Assembly (NCBI GenBank): GCA_051942245.1
Contig: JAVECL010000156.1
Coordinates: forward strand, 1-41,771
DNA length: 41,771 nt
Origin: Trypethelium eluteriae
Lineage: Eukaryota
Direction: 5' to 3'
Positions 21,833-32,551 of the stretch are shown here, piece after piece. The notes beneath the pieces were generated by a model. It ran no database searches and was not told the origin of the DNA. It was given only the letters and a program-made list of their open reading frames with translations. The first letter of the stretch is position 1. Each line of letters begins with the position of its first letter. The position numbers were made by a program, and so were the translations under genes.

Positions 21833-24007
21833 TTACGAGATGCAAGTACTGTATAGAGGTATCTGGGTCGCATAAAGAGGTTTCGCTGTGCCAAACTTCC
21901 ATACGCCAGCTTGTACGATAACCTGTCCTTCAAGATCCAGGCTTACTTCAATACCGCCATTATCCGTGCAAGTGTCCTTCTTCATAAGCACTCGGGCAAG
22001 GATATCTTTTGGATGCTCCCGCTTCGACATATTCGAGCGCTTGAACTTAGAATTGCCCTTGGTATCCATGCTAACATGTCCGACGATGGAGACGCCATTT
22101 GAGAATGAGACATTCGTGTTGGCGTTTGGGACTTGGGGAAAGCTGAGGCCATTGAACTGGGTGAGATCGAAACCAAGGCCACCCGAGAGTGTCACGTTGC
22201 CGTCCGTATAGTTGAACCACTTTTGGTGGTCGCCGTCCCAGCCGGTCGCGCTGTTCTTGGATTCGTCGCCGAAATTCCATTTCGCCGCTGGCTGGGAATA
22301 GGTAATATTTGTACCGGTGGTGAGCTTTCCAGTTGCATTCACCTCAAGGGTGATATTGAGCGTCACTTGAAGCTGAGAACCAAGCTCAAAGACATTTTCA
22401 ATGGCGAAGCAGCCCACATCCGGACAGATGTCAATGGGTTCTATGAGTTGCCAGGTATTCCAAGTATGTTCAAAGGAGGCGTTCTGAAAGTTGAGGCCCA
22501 ACGGAAAGTCGAATTCCCAGTTCGAGCCATTGATGCCTAGTTCACCACTAAGAAAGCCACTTTGTCCTATCTTTTTGGCATCGATCTCGAAATTGCCCTC
22601 AAATTCCACGCCACCTGACATCTTGATACCAAGATCCCAAAAGTCCATACCTAAAAACCCAAATTCCTTGTTACCAGGATTGCCCCACGGAGACACGCCT
22701 GTAGGAGTGGACTTTGGTATTTGCACAAATCTGGACACAGTAGTAGAGGGGACGGTGTAATCGAGTGCGCCAAGGACCTCGGATCCGCCCGTGCTCATGG
22801 CACCCTTAACATCCGATGTCACAGTACCAACGGCGCCCTGAACGTCCGAGTTCGCAGTGCTGAAAAGTCCTCCAAATCTCGACTTGAAGTGAGAGTTGCG
22901 AGAGCTAATGCGAGATCGGATGCGATCACCCACGTTTCGCTTGTCCTTGTCTTCAACAGTGACTGTGGTGACCAACACTGGCCCTGTTGATATTGGATCC
23001 CGAGTTTGCGTGATTTGAAATGGTATATTCCCAATTACCGATGTAATACCTTGACCATTTCGCTTCTCGTTGTCTGACGTCCGTTTCCATTCGCGAATGG
23101 GCCTATGTTGCTGGCCATCAAGTCCTCTTTTTGCGGAATTTGGCTTGTGGTGGCCAAAGTTCGTGCGCATTTTTAAGACTGGTGGAGCTAGACCCAGCAA
23201 AGACTGCTGCCCATAGGCCATAATCGTGTCAGGCTCTTTATACGACAGCCGGTCCGCTTGTATTAGTCTCCGACTAGCTCCTGATCGACAAAAGGTTGAG
23301 GTGACCAGGATAATATCCTTAGGCCAGCTTTTCGCGACATTGAAATGATCAGTGTCCTTGGTCTGTATGCGCCATTGGCCTGGCTGGCAATCAATGTTTT
23401 TGATACCATCGGTCCCCTCAAGGTCGACACCCGTACGGTTACCGTCGTATTCGACATTGAGATGCACGAACGGATGAGACTGCGACATGTCTCTTTGCCC
23501 TCCGGAGGGAGTAAAGGTGAAGGCATGGGTTGGCTGTGGTATCCAGGCCGAAGGATTTTGCGAGCTATTTCCCCAATTAATGGCTGGCTGGTAGTAATTG
23601 GACGATGAAGAGCTTGAGTCGGAGGCAGGTTCGAAAATTGGGATTGGAATAATAGAGAAGGTGGGAAGACTGCTGGTCGAAGTACTGGAATTGTTGGTAC
23701 GGTTCGATTCGCCGTTTTTGGTTCCAATACAGTAATAAGTACGGTTCCAATCGCCGCCTTTAGTTCCGTTATAATGATGGGTCCGGTTCCATTTGCAACC
23801 TTTGGTTCCATTGTAATGATGGGTGTGGTTCCGTTCGCCACCATTGGTTCCATTGTAGTGGTAAGGCCATCCGCGACGTATAGGGCGATGATGATTAGCA
23901 TTGGATGAAGGGCGCGGATTAGATGGAGTAGAAGGGATGGGAGCATCCAGAATCCCATTAGCAACAACGACTGCCATCGAGGTGAAAAGGAATAGAAATG
24001 ACTTCAT
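21833..24007 (-). CDS. Large secreted glycoprotein (724 aa) with N-terminal 14-aa repeats and beta-rich domains (recalled as DUF7029/DUF7223-like; unverified)
   Basis: Signal peptide MKSFLFLFTSMAVVVANG. VDLEG...IDC...FNVAKSW...ILVTSTFC...R domain; SPWG followed by alternating beta-strand patterns; ends LYSTCIS*. Many KR/RR sites; intronless. Confidence 0.75.
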   Translation of the reverse strand: MKSFLFLFTSMAVVVANGILDAPIPSTPSNPRPSSNANHHRPIRRGWPYHYNGTNGGERNHTHHYNGTKGCKWNRTHHYNGTKGGDWNRTYYCIGTKNGESNRTNNSSTSTSSLPTFSIIPIPIFEPASDSSSSSSNYYQPAINWGNSSQNPSAWIPQPTHAFTFTPSGGQRDMSQSHPFVHLNVEYDGNRTGVDLEGTDGIKNIDCQPGQWRIQTKDTDHFNVAKSWPKDIILVTSTFCRSGASRRLIQADRLSYKEPDTIMAYGQQSLLGLAPPVLKMRTNFGHHKPNSAKRGLDGQQHRPIREWKRTSDNEKRNGQGITSVIGNIPFQITQTRDPISTGPVLVTTVTVEDKDKRNVGDRIRSRISSRNSHFKSRFGGLFSTANSDVQGAVGTVTSDVKGAMSTGGSEVLGALDYTVPSTTVSRFVQIPKSTPTGVSPWGNPGNKEFGFLGMDFWDLGIKMSGGVEFEGNFEIDAKKIGQSGFLSGELGINGSNWEFDFPLGLNFQNASFEHTWNTWQLIEPIDICPDVGCFAIENVFELGSQLQVTLNITLEVNATGKLTTGTNITYSQPAAKWNFGDESKNSATGWDGDHQKWFNYTDGNVTLSGGLGFDLTQFNGLSFPQVPNANTNVSFSNGVSIVGHVSMDTKGNSKFKRSNMSKREHPKDILARVLMKKDTCTDNGGIEVSLDLEGQVIVQAGVWKFGTAKPLYATQIPLYSTCIS
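23697..23864 (-). repeat. Coding tandem repeat, ~4 x 42 bp (HHYNGTKGGxWNRT)
   Basis: Units HYNGTNGGERNHT / HHYNGTKGCKWNRT / HHYNGTKGGDWNRT / YYCIGTKNGESNRT; visible in DNA as recurring ggttcc...ttggttccattgta. Confidence 0.85.
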
Positions 24008-25863
24008 AATAATGGAAGAGAAGCCAACAGTTACTCGGTGTGAGACGAAATATTGAGATCAACGATCAGAACTACTTGTAAGCATCCATTGTGGTCATAT
24101 CGTGCTTTCTGTACACCAAGTACTCCAAAGCTATCTCAGATTGACAGAGCTGCAATCTTACTGTAATGGAAACAGAAATTGTAGCTCTCAATAGGATTCT
24201 CTGACATGACTTGGTCGACAATGGAAAATTTTGGTGATCAGGCAAAGTAAAAAGGGTGAAGACACGGTTTTCGTTCAGCTCAGGGAGCAATGACGGCGCA
24301 AAGAAACGACTTCTTGTATTGAGAGATGCACGTGTATAATGAGATGTCTTCGGGGTCGGTTTACCAGCTGTGGCTAGCGTCATTGTTGATAGATCCCAGC
24401 ACCCAGGATCTCTTCCCATCTGTGATAGGCGTTTCACCGAGGAAGTATGACGACCACTACCAAGAAGACCACTTGCCCTGTCACGGGTTGTCGATCTTTT
24501 AGCGTCCGCGACCGCCAAGGCTAAGAGGCGTACCTTGTAGATCCTGAAATTCAGCGCCCGTCAACCTTTGGCCCTTCAGCCCAAGTTCCGCAGTACCATG
24601 CCCCCGGATGACGATGTATGTAGACAGGGATCTTCAGTGACTTACATCCAAAATGTAAGGCTGAGGATAGCGAGAAATACCGGTCATTTACATACCCATG
24701 GCGGCAGAACTGAGCCGCCGAAGCCTTGCAATTAATAGCCGTCCTCAGACCAAGCGATGAAGGTAATCAGAGGGACATGGTAGTAATGCAATCGTTCGGA
24801 ATACAGTCGTTGACTAGGATGACACATGTGGCCCATTCTGAAGACAACAACAACTCCGTTTTGAGAGATATGTTGACCCTATCAGTGTATTCGGTTCATC
24901 AAAAAGAAATAAGGGGAAGAAAGTGGTAGTACGTGCAATGTGGCAAATCATATTACCGGTTAGCTATGAGAACAAGCCATTCCATGCCCCCAATACTAGG
25001 AATGTCGAGCGCCAGCGACCGACTACCTCTGGCGACCGACTATGCCAGCCTCAACTTCGTGATGTAGTTTGCCACCTTGCGATCTCCATCCTGGTACAGG
25101 ATCGAACCCGAAAGGTAGAGCCAGATGAGGAACGAGGCATCAAGAGGTTCGGCGGCCAGCCCTCGCTTCGGAAATTTCTCCGATGTCGTCCCTTTTTTGC
25201 CATGCTCGCCCGAGGTGCTCTTCCCTAGCTGAAGAAGTAGACAAGTTATCGTTGCAAAATACGCCAGCGTTTTATCTCCAAGTGCTGGCGCTCTCAGAAG
25301 ATGGCAATGTGTACTGGAACTGGAGTCGCTACTCGTACCTCCAAACAGATCCCGCTGCCTTGGCAACGCGCTAGTCAATCCCATGACGAACCGGAAAGTG
25401 ATTTCACGCATCTCTCCGTCCCGGCACTCGATGCAAGCATTGAGGTGGCGCTCGGAAAACACAAGGCTTACCTAGCTGGTGAATTACGGCCACCGTTGTC
25501 CATCCATCAAGGCGAGCAGCTTGCTACTGCACATGACAGGCAGGGAATGGCTCCGTTTGCTGGCGGTTGATGGCAGCAGAGCTACCCTGATGATACTCCA
25601 GCTGCTGGAGACTTGAAGCCTGAACCCGTCTCCAAAGCCATGCGATCTGACTAAGAGAATTGAAAATAACAGTTCCGAAGTCAAGTACTAATGCATCACC
25701 TCACAAAGATCTCAACTGCCACACACCACAGATTCTAGAATGACATTTCGGAAACTCCATAAGCTGCATCTGGTCTTCAATTCCTATATGTAAAATCGAA
25801 TATTGTATCAAAGTGTAGCTCACAGTCCAGAGATTGACGAATTCTTCTTTTTAGGGTTCCCCT

Positions 25864-26417
25864 TCATTTCCCTTCGAAAGCTTTTCTTAATCCCTCAATA
25901 TCAAACTTTCCCATCGTTGACTTGGCCTCACTCACCCTAAACCTCTGCTCCACATCTCTGCTTCCCATCATCTCTTCATAGGCTTTTGGTATGACCCTCC
26001 AGCTAATACCGAACTTGTCTTTCAACCAACCACAAGGGCCCGGCTCACCCCCTACAACCACGTAATTATCAATGTCCTCCCTGTTTTCAGATAGGAGTCC
26101 GTGAGCCTACCTTCGCTCAATTTTCCCCGGTAATAATCGACGTCTTTCTGATCTTCGCAAGAGATTGTGAAGCTGATAGCTTGAGTGAATTGGAAAACCG
26201 GAGGACCATTAATGGCGAAAAAGGGCCGGTGGTGTAGAATAAACTCCATACTCATCACGCTGCCTACTTCCATTTGGTGCTCTTCTTGACCGGCTGCAGT
26301 ATAGCGAGAGACATCTGTAATTTTAGAAGACGGGAAGATAGAGGTGTAGAAGTGCACGGCTTCTTCTGCATTTCCTGCGAACCAAAGAGACGGTTTGATA
26401 TTGGTTTCGATAGACAT
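25864..26417 (-). CDS. PhnB-like / 3-demethylubiquinone-9 3-methyltransferase family VOC protein (PF06983)
   Basis: Exon 26417-26111 IKPSLWFAGNAEEAVHFYTSIF...AINGPPVFQFTQAISFTISCEDQKDVDYY; intron 26110-26052; exon 26051-25864 GPCGWLKDKFGISWRVIP...MGKFDIEGL. TATAAAA on the minus strand at 26488-26482. Confidence 0.92.
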
Positions 26418-27115
26418 TTCTAGGCAGACTAGTGACTCATACTTTTTGCTTCAAGATGATTCCGCATGCATCAGACTGCTCTTTTATACAAACATGGCGA
26501 AAATCTTTGATCCTAATATAACGTGGTCTAATATGGGGACTCAATGAAGCCCGATGGATATACGTGCTACATTGCCGAAGGGATGTACTTTAAGGCTGCT
26601 GCCTGAGTAAATTACTAGTCTGCACCGTTCTCCATATGAGTACTTCGTACTCCTTCTGTAGTCGTGAGGCCGGAGATCCGTGCTGGACTGAGGATATGCA
26701 TGGCGTACCATGAAGGGACATGTCGTCGTCTTGGCAAGGTAAGAAATGACAGACGCCGAGAGATCTCGACTCTAGATGACGACTGGTCACAGGCGTTGAC
26801 GCGTGGCGCGTGAACAGATTTGTCGCATTGATAAGGTAGCATATTTGCCGTTAGGCGGTGAGTCCGGCATCCAATCGTAGCAAGCTCGAGAAGAAATGTG
26901 ACAATGACGCCAGGCACGCCTTTCTCCATTGAGACCAAACAACTGGATGCTCAAGTGACCTCACGCTTCTATTTCAATTATCCCAACCTCGATCCGATAC
27001 CCCACGACGAAGAGTCAGAGTCGCAAAAGCTCCCAATTCTTGCTCGTATGATTTAATGCTAGACCAAGCGCCTTAAAGTCTCGCCGACGAGGCAGGCTTC
27101 CGTCGAAAGAGAAGC

Positions 27116-28967
27116 ATGGCAAGCTACTCCGCAATATCAGGCGATGAAGACCGCCTCAACATCAGGCCGCCGAGTCTTACTCGAACTTCTTCCCAAGGAT
27201 CGAGGAGTTTCAGGTGATAGCCCTAGTTAGCTTTCGGCAGAGAATTCTACGCTGACCCCGGAACAGACCCAGGCGGAGAAAAGATGTGGGAGTCGCCGGG
27301 CAGGCAAGCTGGATCTCCAGTGTCGTCAATCTTTTGAATACCAGTAAGGCTCCCTTGGACTATCAGCACTAGAAAACAGGCAAGATGCAGTATACTAATG
27401 TCTCTCAGTCGTTGGCGCTGGTGTCCTGGCAATGCCTGCCGCCCTTTCGCACATGGGCATCCTCCTGGGCATTATCGTCATTATATGGGCAGGCATTACA
27501 GCTGGATTCGGTCTCTACCTTCAAACTCGATGCGCTCGATACCTTGATAGAGGATCTGCCTCTTTTTTTGCCTTATCACAGATCACATACCCAAATGCCG
27601 CAGTAGTCTTCGATGCAGCTATCGCGATAAAGTGCTTTGGCGTTGGTGTGAGCTACCTTATAATTATCGGAGACCTTATGCCAGGCGTTGTACGGGGATT
27701 CAGTGAAGATATCGGAGGCTCTACATTCCTTGTGGATAGGCATTTTTGGGTCTCAGCGTTCATGTATGTCCTCTTGCTCCTGGAATTTACGGCGGATACT
27801 CTGCTTCTTCATTTGTTACTGCAGCTGACTTGTCTACACTCACAGGCTCATCGTTATTCCGTTCTCATTCCTGCGTCGTCTTGATTCGCTAAAGTACACA
27901 AGTGTCATCGCATTGATATCAATTGGATACCTCATCGTTTTGGTTGTCTATCATTTTGGAATCGGGGATACCATCCGTGAACGTGGGCGTGTTCGCGGAA
28001 TAGAGCCTACCAGTGCTGCCGCAGTGTTGGCTAGTTTTCCTGTCATCGTCTTTGCATATACATGTCATCAGAATGTCAGTACTTTGCTTTGAAGTCTATT
28101 CTGTGAAATTACTAACAGGATTCAGATGTTTTCGATCCTCAACGAAATTGCAAACAATTCCCGCGCTCGAACTACCGCCGTTGTGACTGCCAGTATCGGA
28201 ATCGCGTGTTTCATTTATATCCTAGTCGGACTCACGGGCTATCTCTCCTTTGGGGACAAAGTCAGCTCAAATATTGTCAGCGACTGTAAGATCCTATCTT
28301 TACCTTTCGCTTCATTTTCCTTGTTATTGACAGGCTTCCAATAGATACTCCCTCTGTTGCTTCAACCATCGGCCGCGCCGCCATCGTCGTTCTTGTGATG
28401 TTTTCATACCCCCTCCAAGTTCACCCATGCCGCGCTTCTGTCGATGCAGTGCTGAAATGGCGACCTGGGTCCTTCAACAAACCGAAACCACCTCCTTCGC
28501 CATCGCCTCCGCGGGATACTCCCCTCCTTGCCTCACCTGCTACCGTACCTGGCGCCAAACGTGGCAACTCCGAAATGAGCGAAACTCGTTTTGCAGCCAT
28601 CACCACTGGGGTCATTGTACTAAGCTACATCGTTGCAATGACAGTATCGAGTCTTGCAAAAGTTTTGGCGTACGTTGGTAGCACTGGAAGTACGAGTATC
28701 AGCTTCATTCTGCCGGGATTATTCTACTACAAAATCAGTAGTCCGGATAGCGTACATCACCAGAAGTTGCTTAAAGAAGACGATGACGAAGACGAATTGA
28801 GTGATGTAGGTGAAGATGATGAAGGTGAGGGATTCCTTGGGAAAATCAAGGTCTCGAGATGGAAGAGGGGTCTACTGAGAAAGGCTGCTTTGGCCTTGGC
28901 GATTTACGGCCTGGTGGTCATGGTGGTTTGCCTTTTCACAAACGTTTTCATAGGGGCTGTCCATTGA
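27116..28967 (+). CDS. Vacuolar amino-acid transporter, Avt5/Avt6-like (Aa_trans, PF01490), multi-exon
   Basis: MASYSAISG...; QASWISSVVNLLNT/VGAGVLAMP; FDAAIAIKCFGVGVSYLIIIGDLMP; FAYTCHQNMFSILNE; FSYPLQVHPCR; LAYVGSTGSTSISFILPG. Several canonical introns. Confidence 0.93.
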
Positions 28968-29587
28968 GTGCGCAACTTGTCAGCGTCTTACGCACTGTAA
29001 ATAAAACGAGTGGAGTTTATTAGCGTTACAGCATGCTCAGAATGTCCATCTTGATTATTGCATAGCGTCTTTTGCTTGATAGGAATAAAGAGACTTTTCA
29101 GAGATGACTATGCTACCGATTTTGTCCATTCACGAAAGCTCCACGATCAGAGTGGGGGCCTTTTCGAATAAAAATACCTGCTAGCTCAACCTTAGTGCGC
29201 GTGATCGCGAGGTGGGCTTGAGCCAAGGCGTGACGCATTCGGTGAAATATCCTTGTTTTTGTGCATGAAGAACAGCGTACGGTGTTGTTCCGATATCCCA
29301 TCATGGCGCTAGAAGCCATCTCAGCTTAAAAAAGCCAAGTCTCCTATTGCCCTCAAACTCGCTGCGCTCACTTATCGCGATAAAGCATGGCTCTCTTTTG
29401 TCTCTTGTGCTTAGCCGTGTATTTGTTGCCACGGGTTTCAGCAGGGGTTTCAGACATGAGAGAAGGTTATTGGCAGCGTTCGTACGGGCAACATGTTCTT
29501 GTAAACTTTATACATCGAAAGAAACCCTCTTGCCCAACGCCACTTATGCACACATTTCCTTTTTAAACGCCACCAAAGCTGGATATT

Positions 29588-30171
29588 TCAGGCCTGTGCG
29601 ACGTGTGCCCTATCTTGAACTGATTCCTGCACATGAATCGGTTGTTCATGCATCTCCCGACCTTGTTGCATCCCGCCGGGTCGATACTTCGGCTCGATCA
29701 ATCCCAACTAAAACCCCGTGTCAGTCAACACGCAAATCAAGCAGCATGTCCTCCACATATGCTCCGAGCCTCAGGCAATGACAGAAGATTCTTCACGTAC
29801 CATAGCCATCAATCTCCATGCGGGATCGCTTGGTTGCGCTCCAACTCCCAGCCAGTATTTTGCTCGACTAATGTCGACCTTGATGTCTTTGTATTTACGT
29901 CCTTCTCCCGAAGCGGACTGCTTAGGAATGGGATCATAGGTTCCAAGAACTTCGAGTGGTTTGGAATTTCGCGCAGTCCTGTATTAGAAGGCTCCGTTAG
30001 TCGTGATGATCCTCGATCGAAAGCGTATGGGGTGCCAAAGCTACTCAGGATTCGATGATGGAGCCAGACTTCGTTACGATAATGATTGACGTACCGTGCA
30101 TTGGCAACAACGATATTATAGATTGGCTGATGGCGCTTGCCGAAGCGCGCAAGTCGTATTCGAACGACCAT
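29588..30171 (-). CDS. MRPS16: Mitochondrial ribosomal protein S16
   Basis: Exons 30171-30095, 29978-29801 and 29707-29588: [44 protein letters not shown]...RAKYWLGVGAQPSDPAWRLMAMLGLIEP. Confidence 0.95.
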
Positions 30172-30542
30172 TCTGGCGTGACTTGGGTTCAGTGTAGGAG
30201 GTTTTCTTACGACTGAGAAGGTGGAAGTTGTTCGGACCAACCAAAATACGAAGCGGCCGTTGAGACACCTCCGCGATCTAGCATCTCTCTCTACCCCGAA
30301 AGCGCGAGGAATTACTTGTCGGCGTTCGTCTAGCAGAAGACAGTGAAGCCTTATGTAGGCTTCTTTTGACCTAATTTATTGACTGAGCTCATTGAAAACG
30401 ACTGATTTCATGAGATCTCCAGATTAAGTTCACTACGTCTACGGTGATGTAATCTCTTGCTACTGTTCGCCCTTCCGGCTCATCACGATTTTCTCTCAAC
30501 TCTATCTAGACGGATCGAATTCTCATTTCAATGCTTCACAGA

Positions 30543-31554
30543 ATGGCTCTTCGAGTATGCCTTTAGTCCACAAATATGGCGCATCACCGTAGCTAATACA
30601 TCGTTAATAGACTTTGAACGCGAAGAATGCCGCAGCCCTAGACAAAGAGCTGATGAGCGATGGCGCGTTCTCTGTTGACCAGCTGATGGAGCTTGCTGGC
30701 CTAGCGGTCTCCCAAGTTGGTAAATGCGACTTTGCGGTTTGATCTGTCGATGATTTGTTTGACTTACCTATCCAGTGTACCAGCTTCAGCCTCTTCAGAA
30801 AGGCCGTCGAGTGCTTGTCGCCTGCGGTCCTGGTAATAATGGTATGCGTGATCACTTTGATGACCTATTATAAGGAATTCTGATGCCGTCGTAGGTGGTG
30901 ATGGCCTTGTAGCTGCCCGTCATTTATGGCACTATGGCTATCAACCAACAATGTATTATCCAAAGCAAAGCAAAAATGAGCTTTATCAGGTACGAATCAC
31001 TATGCAAATCGAAGGATCCAAAAGCTGAAATAACGATTGCATGAAAGCGATTATCGAAACAACTCAAAGATCTCGATATACCCTTCACTGAGGACTTTGA
31101 TGCAGCGCTTAAGCAAACCGACCACGTAGTCGACTCCATCTTTGGTTTTAGCTTCTCAGGGGAGGTCCGAGAGCCTTTTCCAAAGGTTATCGAAGCCCTC
31201 CGCGATACCAAAGTCCCGGTTCTCGCGGTTGATGCACCATCTTCGTGGAATATTGAGGATGGTCCACCCGATTCGGGTCCAGGGAAGGGGTTCATGCCGG
31301 AAGCGCTGATTAGTCTGACAGCGCCAAAGCCACTAGTACAATGGTTTAAGGGCAGACACTTCATAGGTGGACGGTAAGTCCTTGGCTGTAATCGCTGAAT
31401 GCAACGTTTGTATATTACCGCTGCTAATTTCCAAAAACTAATGGAAAGCAGGTTCCTTAGCAAGGCAGTAGCAGAGAAGTATGATTTAGATGTCCCTCCA
31501 TATCAGGGTATCGATCAAATCGTTGAAGTCGGTACTGAGGGTCAGAGGCTGTAG
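30543..31554 (+). CDS. NNR1: NAD(P)H-hydrate epimerase (YjeF_N, PF03853), multi-exon
   Basis: 12-nt first coding exon MALR, then [15 protein letters not shown]...[65 protein letters not shown] and HFIGGRF; ends GQRL*. Confidence 0.93.
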
Positions 31555-31935
31555 AGCAGGTCGTGGGGAAAGTACAAAGCTCTTAACGGTCAAAATTCAG
31601 TTATCTACACTCAGGTCGCCGAATTCCTCAGCGATCTCTTAAGGTTTTCAGGGAAATGCGATTCCACCAAGGGTAACGCTTCCTATGGACTATGTTGTGT
31701 CTTATTTTTAAGAAGCCCGGTGGTTCGAATAAGCTGTTCAACCCGCGACTGAAAGACGATCAAGCCTTGGCGGGTTAGCTCATAGCAAGATGACAGCGGA
31801 CAGGAACTACACACCTCTCAACCTATCTAAGCGTTATTCGATCATCTCGATTCAAGAGGCTTGATCCCTATAATCCGTAGCTTGCTAACATCGCTACATT
31901 GATGCATTCTCACTTGGTGTGAGGCCAATCTTCGA

Positions 31936-32260
31936 CTAAGCTTTCTCATCTCTTCCTCTCTTAGAGTAGTATTCTTCACTGCTACCGAGTCAGCCTACCT
32001 AAGCGAGGACCCTCTCGGGATTCAATCACTTACATCTTCTTGCCCATATCGCCAGCTTTCGCTTTGCCTTCCAACCTGTCTAGACTCTCTTCAATGTATC
32101 CAATGTGGCCTCTCAGCGTTCCTTCGAGCTCATCCATACGTGCTTCATGTTCTTCGAGATTATACACGTGATGAGATCGGAGGTATAGGGTGGAGGCTGC
32201 AATTCCGGCTAAGTTCACTGTACCAAATATGGCTGCAGGCTTTCGTAAAAATGAAGACAT
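31936..32260 (-). CDS. Small (~90 aa) hypothetical protein with one hydrophobic segment and a coiled coil
   Basis: Exon 32260-32034 MSSFLRKPAAIFGTVNLAGIAASTLYLRSHHVYNLEEHEARMDELEGTLRGHIGYIEESLDRLE...; intron 32033-31982 (GTAAGT...GCTGAC...TAG); exon 31981-31936 ISEEYYSKRGRDEKA*. Confidence 0.7.
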
Positions 32261-32425
32261 TATCGACAATATATATTTTTTGATACAATGGAGAAAAGCT
32301 TGAACAAGCCGAAAATTTTCTTAAATAATATCTACAACAACAAGATACGTGCGAATGAGATCTAAATTTACAGTACACTTGCAACTCAATTTCGAGTCTG
32401 CACGTCATAGATGGCTTGAGATTCA

Positions 32426-32470
32426 CCAATTTACGACGCCACGTGACTGCGCTTTCACCTCCAAACGCGT
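32426..32470. promoter_or_regulatory. Bidirectional promoter elements: CCAAT, CACGTGAC (bHLH/Cbf1-type E-box) and ACGCGT (MCB box)
   Basis: CCAAT 32426-32430, CACGTGAC 32440-32447 and ACGCGT 32465-32470 in the 291-bp gap between divergent ATGs 32260 and 32552. MCB boxes are typical of DNA replication/repair genes. Confidence 0.5.
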
Positions 32471-32551
32471 GAGGCGCGTGTTGCTTTGGTCTCGCCAACA
32501 TTCTATTATACACACAAGCACCTTGACCAAGCAGGTCAATCATGTCGTTAA

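Noticed and set aside
23697..23864. Regularly spaced repeats as a CRISPR-like array
   Set aside because: Degenerate in-frame 42-bp coding repeats without unique spacers, in a eukaryotic gene.
23263..23967. 234-aa same-strand alternative-frame ORF inside the secreted protein gene
   Set aside because: Partly produced by the tandem repeat; no independent motifs or evidence of dual coding.
24050..25700. Several 60-150-aa ORFs between the secreted protein and the PhnB-like gene
   Set aside because: No coherent gene model or family motif; may be decayed sequence but unsupported.
3700..27000. Island as a Starship or other mobile element
   Set aside because: No tyrosine recombinase (captain), transposase, LTR or terminal repeats recognised within the window.
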